From: Psilocybe cubensis
Lineage: Eukaryota
Direction: 5' to 3'
Assembly (NCBI GenBank): GCA_017499595.2
Contig: CM039004.1
Location: 1,798,001 to 1,862,000 of the forward strand
DNA length: 64,000 nt
Shown: positions 1 through 10,196 of the stretch, piece after piece
How the letters are laid out: each line of letters begins with the position of its first letter
How positions within the stretch are numbered: position 1 is the first letter of the stretch
Made by a program: the position numbers and the translations under genes
The notes under the pieces: generated by a model
Databases searched by the model: none
What the model was told of the DNA's origin: nothing
What the model saw: only the letters and a program-made list of their open reading frames with translations

Positions 1-54
1 GATGAAGCACATCGTTGGTTGGGTATACCCATAGAACACATTGTTTTAGCATGA
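1..54 (+). CDS. possible 3' end of a gene entering from the left edge (DEAHRWLGIPIEHIVLA*)
   Basis: Frame 1 is open from base 1 to TGA 52-54 and is followed by AT-rich 3'UTR-like sequence; too short to identify. Confidence 0.3.
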   Translation, partial: DEAHRWLGIPIEHIVLA

Positions 55-349
55 TGCGCAACGAGCTCCGACAAGTTGGGATTGACCATCTATTTTTTGA
101 GTCGTGGTTTGGTGGTGGTTGCATTTATAGGTATAGTATTATATATATTATATCACTTCTAAATTATGAGAGTCAGTATATGTTGTAAAGATGGATGTTT
201 AATGACCCACTGTCATGTCTTTTTTCAAATCAATTGTTGTTTAATATACTAGAACAGTGCCAAAGCTGATGAAGTTGGAGATCCAATGCAGGTCAGTTTC
301 ACTCAAACCGAGCTGGATATAATGAACCTACCCATTTGCCTCATCAAGT

Positions 350-1066
350 CTAGTCACACCTCCCGTCGGGTGGGCCATCTTTCCATCTCTCATCCACCTT
401 GGCGCAATCAAATTTTTCCTTGCCCAACTTCTGATTTACCTCGTTATGCCTCTCACAAAGCCACCTGCTTAGCGCAGTACGTCCACTGACATCCGGTGCA
501 TTCTTCTCAATGTCCTTCCCAAAGTCATCCGCGCACCATGTACATGGGTATAGCACGGGAATAGAACGCAAGAGCATCAACATGTTGGCGCGCTGGGTGG
601 GGTTGGGCTTTTCGGGGTAGTAAGCGGCGGTAGTATGCAGGAACGTCCAGGTTGCACGTCCGAGCTGCTCGACATCTGGTGGACAACCCGGAGGAGGCTC
701 GTCGCCGCGGTAACCTGGAGCATCGAGGTGGGTACTCTCCTCAGAGTTGGGCGTTTCGGTAGCCGTGCTCACAGCACTCGCGACGGGCACGGCAGCTAGC
801 GCTGCAAAGCCTGCAAACTGTGACCCTTTGGCAGTTTGCTGCTGCTGCTGCTGTTTTTGATTTTTCTGCGCATTGGGTGGTGCAGGCCAGGTTTTGGCAG
901 CTCTGTTGGAATCTGCTTCCGTGTAGTTGGTGGTTCCGGGTTTCCAGTTGCGAAATGCGGTACAAATTTTACAGGGTTTGCCGTCAGGACCCATAACCAT
1001 ACCTGGGGGCATGCTGCTCTGCGAGGAAGACGTGTCTGATTTTCCGTTCTCAGTGGCTGCTGCCAT
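350..1066 (-). CDS. ERV1: FAD-linked sulfhydryl oxidase Erv1/ALR (mitochondrial IMS disulfide relay), single exon
   Basis: N-terminal shuttle CKIC, CPPDVEQLGRATWTFLHT, redox CTWC, structural CX16C (CERHNEVNQKLGKEKFDC); ATG at 1066 (MAAATENG). Confidence 0.92.
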   Translation of the reverse strand: MAAATENGKSDTSSSQSSMPPGMVMGPDGKPCKICTAFRNWKPGTTNYTEADSNRAAKTWPAPPNAQKNQKQQQQQQTAKGSQFAGFAALAAVPVASAVSTATETPNSEESTHLDAPGYRGDEPPPGCPPDVEQLGRATWTFLHTTAAYYPEKPNPTQRANMLMLLRSIPVLYPCTWCADDFGKDIEKNAPDVSGRTALSRWLCERHNEVNQKLGKEKFDCAKVDERWKDGPPDGRCD

Positions 1067-1559
1067 TCTTTCTTTCAAGAGTAAATTTGGAGCAATTACA
1101 AGAACAAGTTTATTGGGCACTAATCTTGTTAAGCAAATTAGCAAGATGATGTCATACGCCATAGTCACATCCCGGCTGCATGACGGTGATCATATTGTTT
1201 ACACACAGATCAAATGGGTACTGTTGGGTTTCCAATCCATTTTACTTTTATTGTACATGTAGTGGTAATTAGATAGCCGAAGCAAGATAGCATACTGCGA
1301 AAGTTACACGTCTATTTTGAATGCCAACAAATCTCCTCAAAATGCAATGAGTCCGTCGTCAAAAGTTACCCTATCGATACAGCGGTAAGAGTCGAAGTCC
1401 AGCGGGATGTCCCTGGCTAGATAGGATAGGTCGTAAACGCATGTGTACATGGATATGATATCGTGAGTTAGTTGTGATACAGTGTGATTGAATTTGAGAG
1501 ATAGTGGTGTTGTAAACGTTTTGCCATTTCCGGCGTTTGAATGGCTGGGAGCAAAAGGT

Positions 1560-3015
1560 TTAGGCCCAACGACCCAGTAGTGCCATGAGTGCACATCCGA
1601 GGCACATAGAGCCTACTGCATAAGCCAATTTTCCGTTCGATGCAGACATCATTTCCTTATTAAAGAGGAATTCATGTGCAAAGAGCTAGGGAGAGAGAAA
1701 CAGGGTCAGGAAATACTATGGCACAAGAACACATATAACATATACCTCCACGAGCCCGGTGTACGTCAGAACCCCTGCACTTAATGAATCCAATACACCA
1801 CTGACAATCGAGGCAGTTGTGCTACCGGGATTATATGTTTGTCTGACGCCAAGCCCAATAGCGATCCCGAGAGGAGTGGTGAGGCCATATAAAATGGCTC
1901 CTGCAATGGGTGCCCAGCGGAATCGTTCAGGGAGATCAAGATACGCAAGTCGTGAACCAATTCCCAATCCTTCAAATGTTTCTATATAAAGGTATCAGCG
2001 GGTAAACAACGTCCATTGGGAGATGCGACATACGATGGAAGACGATCACGACGAACAAAATTTTAAAACCTTCGTCAACAGCAAGTGTGAGACCAATCAA
2101 AAAGCTAAGTATAAAAGATTAGCTGGAAATGATACGCTAAGGCAGCTAGAGTTGCACACCTATGCAATATAACACCAAATTCCAAGATGCCAACACCGAT
2201 GATGTGAGTGGATAGCGTGTCTTGGAATCCATGACCATGATCATTTCCTTTGACGCTCTCGATGTCAGAAGAGCTCGACTCGCTCTTGAGAGGTGGCGCT
2301 TCAGAAGACTTGAAGGTACCCTCTGGACCGTGTGCCGCGTGTGAGCCGAGGCTATGACCATGTGCATCTTTTCCCTCAGTCAGCCACAGGAAATAGAAGC
2401 ATGAATTGAAAGGATAGAACACACCGTGTGATTTCCCAAGCTTTGAGAGTTTCCCAGTCCCCCAGCGGAAGGCAACAAGCTCTACAATAAAGATAAAGAA
2501 GATGCTCAGGAGGCAAAGGGCCAGGGCATAAGGCTGGAAAAAGAGGAGATGAACAAAAGGGGGACGCAGATCATTACAACTATGCTTACGTATTCCTTCC
2601 ATGCGTCAGATAAACAGGGACTTGATAGTGCAGAAAGGCCTGGGGCTAATAGATGGATGAAAGCCGTAGCAATCTATAGCAGAAAAATGTGAAACAGTGA
2701 AAATCAGAGAGACCAAGATAGGCGTACGATGACCCCAGAACCAAAGTATTTCGCAAAGCTAGATGGCAAAGGTCAAAAAAAAGTCGAGATAAAAGATAGA
2801 TATACATACTCAAAGACGCTTTTTGGGACATGCAGCCATGTTGAGCGCTTTGCAAGCACGGGAAAAAGAGCGCCAGCAGAAGAACCGACGAGAATGACGA
2901 AGATGGAAGCAATCCTAAGATTGAAAAGGGTGTCTGAGCCGCCCCCGGAGCCGCAATTGAGGTCCTCGAGGTCGTCATGGGGGTGGTGGATGGTATGGGA
3001 GTGTGAGTGGCTCAT
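1560..3015 (-). CDS. ZIP-family zinc/iron permease (Zrt1-like), multi-exon
   Basis: Spliced motifs LRIASIFVIL, FAKYFGSGVIIATAFIHLL, His-rich loop HGHSLGSHAAHG, LEFGVILHS, FHQTFEG, C-terminus MALLGRWA* (TAA 1560-1562). An alternative in-frame ATG lies at 3075. Confidence 0.9.
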
Positions 3016-3167
3016 TGGGAATGGGGACGGGATGGAGGAGGAGATTGGCCTGTGTCTGGTTTTGTATGGCGACACGACTGGAGGGGTCCTCTTGCATCAT
3101 ACACATCCCATTGGCTACAGATCACGTGCCCGAAAGATTGAGTACCCGCGCAGTCGCTTTTTTTATT

Positions 3168-4650
3168 TTACTGTGTATATCCTCTCGCCCGCGCCATCAG
3201 CTCTTCTCCAAGCCTCTCCAACACACCGCTTGGCGTTGATAAAATATGTATCCCATAGAACCGGATTTTGTGCGTAATGTGTCTCCTCCTCTTTTCTCCC
3301 CCGGTGCTTTCTGTTCGCCCAGCGTCGCCCAGCAGCTCATCCAGATCTGATAGCACCAATACCGGCATGCAATGCGGGTGCGACGGAGGCACATTTCCGT
3401 TTACCGTCTCCGACGGTCCAATCTGTGTTATCCGCAGAGGTTTCATCAACCGTGCCGCATCCCGGAGAAGAACTGCAAATAGGTCGCTCGTCATGGTGCC
3501 CTTGAGATACCCTATCAGTCATCGCTAATCATATTAATGGCATGATTGAGACGCACTGCATCCACCAAGGACCAGATCTCCGTTATAACAGACGGTACAT
3601 CAGGGTATAGTTGTGTCGACTTGCGTTCAATCAAAAAGGGTACCAGTTGTGAGACCAGTCGCCGCGCTTCTTGGTATTCCGGTTCATCTGGCTTTAATCT
3701 ACCCAACGGAGAGGTTCCTAGATGTCTTGTGATATATGCATATGCAATACTGCCTCGTTATTTAGCAACAGTGTCAGAGAGGAACGATAGTCTACTCACC
3801 ATATGGCGCAAACGTTGAACACCAAAGGGTGCCCAGTAGGAACCGCTTTCACCATCGACGCAGGAATATCCATCATGCTTGGACGAGTACCGTACCGGCG
3901 TGTCGTGCCTTTCTGATCATTATCGTCCTCCCGTACTTCTGGTGCATCCCACCAAGGTCCTTTGATCTCTTTCTCCAGCTGTTCGCTTGCCAGTAGCTGT
4001 TGTGCTAATTCGCTCGCAGGATCGTCAAATGCTTTCATGAATCTGACACGTTCTTTCTCCGTAAGCATTGACCACAATGTTTCAGGAGATACAGAGTCTA
4101 TTGGTAGGTATAGTGTGATCTGAGTATTTGAAGCAAATAATCGGCATCATGTAACGTACCTAGGTCAACAGTCTCGAAACGTTTTGCCAAGTCCGCTCCA
4201 TCATCCATATCGTCCTCTTCACTCTCATCTCCTAGTGACTGCCCATTGGAAACTTGCTCTTCGAAGGTTCTCAGCATCTCCAGCATCTTCTTCCTCTCCT
4301 CTGCTGTTTTGGAAGGCCCGGACTGGATGTCATTCTCGATCTCTTTCTTGTAAAAACCCTCCGAACATTGACTATGAGCCTTTAGCGGATCCAAAGAAAG
4401 TTAGAATCATAAGCATACCATTTATTAAGGGGAACCACACACCTGAGATCGATAGCATGGCAGGGAGCAGTATGGTACGTTGCAGGTCGGACATGTATAC
4501 TTTGCAGTTTGGCGGCGACAACTGAATACGATTCCGTCAAGGCATACTCTCCGTTGCAGCAAATATGGCTTACATCCTGCATGTTACAGACTTTTCGTTT
4601 TCTTCAGGTGTTCCTGAAATAGATAGTTGGATAGAGTGGTCAGACGACAT
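3168..4650 (-). CDS. HIT-type zinc-finger protein (ZNHIT2-like)
   Basis: Spliced N-terminus CRICRRQTAKYTCPTCNVPYCSLPCYRSQAHSQCSEGFYK (zf-HIT), then KKMLEMLRTFEE, LWSMLT, PWW and C-terminal HKIRFY. Confidence 0.8.
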
Positions 4651-5063
4651 GATATGCGTGGTCAAAGTCTAAACGGAAACTAGTGTACAAAACGCAAGGA
4701 AGGGTCCGTGCGCTATGCCTCGGGCCGCTACATCCGGTGCATTTAGTATTACGGCATCTCATGGCAAATCCCTAACGTCCTTGACTCCAAACTTGTACTT
4801 ACCTCATCTTAAAGAAAGTTCCAAAAAACAACGTTTTGTAGCCTGAAGGCTTCTTTACATTCAAGACAAAACGGCAACGTTACGCTTCAAATTGCAAAAC
4901 ATACAACTTCTCAGTGGCTATCATTGACCAGGACTCACATTGAGGTGGCGCATCATGGTCAAACTATGCCTCTACCTGGCTGCTCCCTTTCTGGTAACTG
5001 GTATAAGCATCGCCTCGAATTAAACTCGACCAACTTTTTGCGGTTCCTTACTTGGATGTATAT

Positions 5064-5382
5064 ATGTCACCACTGAGTACTGAGCGCCGACCTGGGGCAG
5101 TGCACTGGGAGTATATTGGGAGAAATCATGATGAACTGTCAGATGAGGCAACCTATTCCCCCATATCATTCCTGCCATCTGAACCTGTTATATACGAGGC
5201 ATATATCGCACCCCATGTCAGCCGTAATGTCGAAAGGACTACCAGTGAGTCAACGGGCGTCTTGTGCGTGTCTGTGCTACTCTGTATGTGTTTGTTCCGT
5301 GTATTTCTGGGTATCTGTTGTGCTGCTGTTTATTGACGTACTCCTCTTATAAGGCGACATACTCAGACTGAGCAAACGATAA
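5064..5382 (+). CDS. candidate small ORF/uORF with Cys-containing hydrophobic C-terminus upstream of RBR gene 1
   Basis: ATG 5064. Unspliced stop at 5336; with intron 5284-5353 it ends ...GVLCVSVLLCDILRLSKR* at 5382. I could not splice it in frame to the RBR ORF. Confidence 0.3.
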
Positions 5383-5419
5383 TTCAACCATCCATTATAT
5401 TTCATTCAGTCTCACTTTC

Positions 5420-6650
5420 ATGTCTGCCTTCTTCGGATTTAGGGATTTCGATCGGGGTGCAAGGCAATGGACTGCTCGCTGGCTGTGGAATACCCATGCT
5501 CAAGCGACCGTCCTTCCAGATCCAGTAATAGCTGGGCCAACTTACTCTTCTGAGCCAATGTGGAGAATCTCTCTCGAGGACATCATGGCTGTGATGTCAA
5601 GGCCTTCTGAGGAATGGACGGTCGTTCATTCAAAACCTCCTTCGTTATCATGCGGCATATGCTTTGATGAAGTGCCGCAAACTGGTGTTTTGCGTATCTC
5701 AGGCTGTGGCCACACATTTTGTGTCGAATGTCTGCGCCAATATACCGAAGTTAAGATCCATCATTCTCGCTACCCTATCAAATGTCCAATTTGCAGTACG
5801 ATTGAAGGCCACCTGCACGGGAGTAAGATAAATAAATTTCTAAACAAATTCTCTTGCCTTACTCAGTGTGGTTTTATAGGTATTGAGCAAGCAATCATAG
5901 ATCGGCTTCACTTGAAAGCGGAGGATCTGGAGGCGTTGTCAGAACTTCAGATTTCTGCTTTCTCAGTATCTTTGCGCTGCCCTCAGTTAGTAGCGTCAAA
6001 CAGTTTCCATTTTTATGCTTACGATATTTCTGAACTTCCAGATGCTCTAAAACTACGCGAGTGGACCGACAGGATTTTATTGCGAATACTGTTCTTACTT
6101 GTCCGTTACCACTGTGTAAATACTCGTGGTGTCGCGAATGCGAGCAAGGAATACCCGATCCCTCCAACAATATCCACCAGTGCAAAAACAAGAAGTTGGA
6201 TCGTCTAATGCGCCGAAAAGGTTGGAGATACTGCCCAGGTAAACACATTCTATTGTTTCTTCTTGCCTATACACCAATTGACACATGGAAAAGGTTGTCG
6301 AACACCCATTCAAAAAATCTCCGGCTGCAATCATATTACGGTGGGTTGACTTTCAACCTTCATTCGAATCCTTGCCACCTGAGCTCACGAGTTGGTTCCG
6401 TTTTTCAGTGTCGAAGTCCAGGTTGCTCGGTGTAAGTTCATATTTGACCCCTTTCGATAAATATCTCACTGCTACTGGAAGCCATTTTTGCTACCGATGT
6501 GGAGATTTGATCATAGATGCTTCTAAGGGTGGTAATGTCAGTGAAGCGATCAATGTTCATTATGGGCGTCAGTGTCGACAGTACTCCAGAGCCCATCGAG
6601 TCTATATATTTGCAAGAGGACTCTATTACGGAATACTCTCACGTGTATGA
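5420..6650 (+). CDS. RBR (RING1-IBR-Rcat) E3 ubiquitin ligase, copy 1
   Basis: RING1 CGIC...CGHTFCVEC...CPIC; IBR CPQC...CPLPLCKYSWCREC...HQC; Rcat YCPGCRTPIQKISGCNHITCRSPGCSVHFCYRC with catalytic Cys; five GT-AG introns. Start codon uncertain. Confidence 0.85.
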
Positions 6651-7362
6651 TTGTTGAAACCAATTTTGTACGATATAGGACGAGACTATGTATGAGTTTG
6701 TACCGCAATGCAATATGTGCCTCTATATATAACTACGGGCCGCTTTGCCAACGGTTAAATCCGCCAAGTGCCAGCAGCGGGTTGAGCAGCCACAGCTTTT
6801 ACTCGAATACCTATGTGCAATTTGTCCAACTCTATGAGTGGAGGATTTTCCCAACAAATAACGATATCTCGCAACTTCAACGCATCGCCTCGATATAGAT
6901 GTCACAATCACCACTATCTGTTTACAATGATAGAAGTTTCGGAATGAGCAATTCTGACTGATTTTTACACAGCACTTTTCAATAATACGCTATATTATGC
7001 ATGTCATATACATACGTTGTGAGTTATCGCATGCGGTGTTCATTGAAAGCTACTCATCATTGTCACGAGCCTTCAAGAAGGTGAGATGACGAGTGTGCAA
7101 TGGGGCACAGCCAACTATTTCCGTATCAATCTTTGGTGGGCCATCTAAATATATTGGGCTACGTGGGGTATGCAGGGGCGTGGATGGTGCGGAGATGTAT
7201 TAAAAGCGACATTGGTCATCCCTTGAGGGTGTTGACATCGATATACCATTCACCCCAGCTCAGCGCCGACAAATTCAACTCCGGGACGCTCGCTTTCACC
7301 TAGGGCGCACCTCAAGGCACCCCTTGATCTGGACGACATCTTTATTAGGCCTTGAAGAAACG

Positions 7363-10047
7363 ATGTCATTAGATACGTCCATCGATTGCCTTGTGGACTG
7401 GAATGGACATGCATTTGAGGCGCAAGCTTGGGAGACGCCCAAAAGACTGATATACCAAAGCACTGTATGCAACTTCCACAACCAAGACTCAGAGGCGGGA
7501 AGCAGTCAACCGATATGTGGTCTAGCCTCTCTCAATTGCGCTCGATTATTGTTCAACTTGATCGCAGAGGGGCATTCGAGTGAGGATCTTTTGGCAAAGT
7601 TGCTATCACCGTCCATGGCTACTGTGAGCGCTTAATTTCACCTATCTTCTTTTCGCTTGCTAATAAATGTGTGCGTCTTTACAGTCGATCATGCACATTA
7701 CGACGATTTTGGGCGCATCTAACTATATTGATTTACCAAGTCTTTTCGAGCTTCCCATCTTTAAGCACACATACGAAGCCGAGAAAGCACATTGTGACCT
7801 CGAAGATCTAGAGGGGTTTCTATCGTATGTCAAATACCTAATCTGCTTAAAAATGTTGATTATTTAGTTCATTCCTTTAAAGATACTGGTTTCCCGACCC
7901 ATCAAATCTTGTCCGGGCTGTCATCTTCTTCGGTAACGATACAGAAGCAATTTTGTGTCTGAGTTTTGTGATAGCTGGGTCGCACATATTCACATTATAT
8001 GATTCGCACACACATTCCATGACCCCCAGAGGGCCCTCATTCACGGTGTCTAAAGACATCAAATTTATGATACCCTTTCTGCGCCAACGACTACAAAAAC
8101 GGCATCTTCCAGATGGTTCTCTTACAGGCGAATTTTTACGGAACACGCGCCCATCTGCATTCGTTTTAAAGCAGATCAATAGGTCACTACATATCGATGT
8201 CGAAGACCTGATGAACAGCAGTGCATCGTATATACAGAGCATGGGACAGAAGCCATGGACTTCTCTCGAGGCAGTCCGGCCTTTTCTCAATGACATAGTG
8301 GACCATCATGCTCTGGGTCGTTCCCGAGCACATAATGGAAGGGGAACACATTCGGCACAGTGCTCAGACAAAGCCTTATCTAACAGTAGCCAGCACCGTC
8401 GAGTTCAACGAGGACATCGCAATAAATTTGCGCCCGAAGTAGATCATTCTCAATTTGGATGGCAGATGTCGCTCCAAAATCAAGCATCGACCTTCTCAAG
8501 TAACCATGCTGTGGAACATAACAATTCTGCAAAAATAGGAGACTTGTTATCAGACTCTGTAAATGAGGGCAATGTACCGCGATACGGGAAACAGTCCGAG
8601 TTCGAGTGGTTGACCTCACTTGCGCAAGATCATGCAAACAACACGGATAGCCTAGGGTCTCGTCAGAATAATTCATGTACTGCCGAAGAATCAACAAAAA
8701 TAGAAGACACATGGGAAGTCCAGCTCATGAAACAACTACAAGACGAAGAAGAGATAGCCGCCACCTTCCCTCATCGCACAACTTCCGAATATACCTGGCT
8801 TGTCTCTCTACATAAACAGATTCAAGCAGAAGAAAGGGCTAAGTCACAATATGGGGCGTCATCTTTTTCCCATTTAGAACTCGATTGGCAATTGGCCGTG
8901 CAAATGCAGCATGGAGACCAAGAAGACATTCCGCGTATCATTGTCAATTATGACGGAGATAACGAAGTTTCTCTGCATGCTGAAAGGTCAACCATTCGGT
9001 CTGATCTTTTACATGTACCTATTCCCGAGAGGAGGGAATCCGGGGACCAATTTCGATTACTTACATTTGCATCCCCTCCCGCACTGTTTCCCTGTAGCAT
9101 CTGTGGTGAACTCCTCACTCATGCTGACAAATTAGGTCCTTCAGAGTGCGGGCACGGTTTTTGTAAAGATTGTTTGACCCAATTTACTCGGACAAAAATT
9201 CAAGAAGGTCGTTATCCTATATTCTGTCCAGACTGCCTCGCTGATCGTGCGCCGACCAAGTATCGTATGTGTTGCGTTCAACTTGCATATGCAAATTAAC
9301 TCTTATATGATGATTGAATAGATATCGTCAGGGAAATACTAGATCAATTAAGCCTTTCTTCTGAAGAGTTTGGCAAACTGGGCGAACTTGAAGTGGTCTC
9401 CCATGCAGTCTCTATAGAGTGTCCAAGGTATACAAATATTATATCTTCCCCGTCGTCCTAAAACTTTTATATTTACTAGATGCAAGGAAACCATGCACGT
9501 AGATCGTGTTGAATATAGCCAACATGACATCATCATCTGCCCTCTCCCAGTATGTGCGCACAAGTGGTGCAAAAGCTGCCACCAAACCGTAGCACGATCA
9601 GAAGAGCGACATCGTTGTAGGCACGGTAACATCGATAGACTAATGAAAAGGAAGGGATGGAAATATTGCCCAGGTTTGTCTTACCCTCAAAGTCGGCGAG
9701 AGCTCGGGCCTTGATGTACCTACAGGATGTGGAACCCCCGTACAGAAGGAGTCTGGCTGCAACCACATGACGGTGTGTCTATAAGCTTCATGCCGATAGA
9801 TATTTTCCTCTGAACAATAACCTACGTAGTGTGGTGCCCCTGGCTGCAACGCGTGAGTCTCTAGCAACTTCATGAAGCTGTCCACAGCGAAGGCAATCTA
9901 ACGGAGAAATACTACAGCCATTTTTGCTATAAATGCGGAGTGCTCATGGTAGACACTACTAATGGTGGAGATGTAGGTACCGCAGTCACTGACCACTATA
10001 CTCAGTGCCGCTTGTTCGACAAGAAATACAGATGTAGCATACAATAA
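7363..10047 (+). CDS. RBR E3 ubiquitin ligase copy 2, with N-terminal putative papain-fold (C76/VTD-like) deubiquitinase domain and C-terminal CaaX
   Basis: Exons 1-3 give HNQ...[12 protein letters not shown]...LYDSH; RING1 CSIC...CGHGFCKDC...CPDC; IBR; Rcat [32 protein letters not shown]; ends KKYRCSIQ* (TAA 10045-10047). Confidence 0.85.
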
Positions 10048-10196
10048 GGAGTCAAATACTACTTACGTTAGATTACTTAGTAGTAAGTACTTGTAGAACA
10101 TTAGGTGTATTTTTAGCTCATTTGTATTATGTAATACATTTTTTTGAGTCCTTGGCCATCAGCGCTTCAGCTGCTGCTGCTCGTTTCTGCTTAAAT

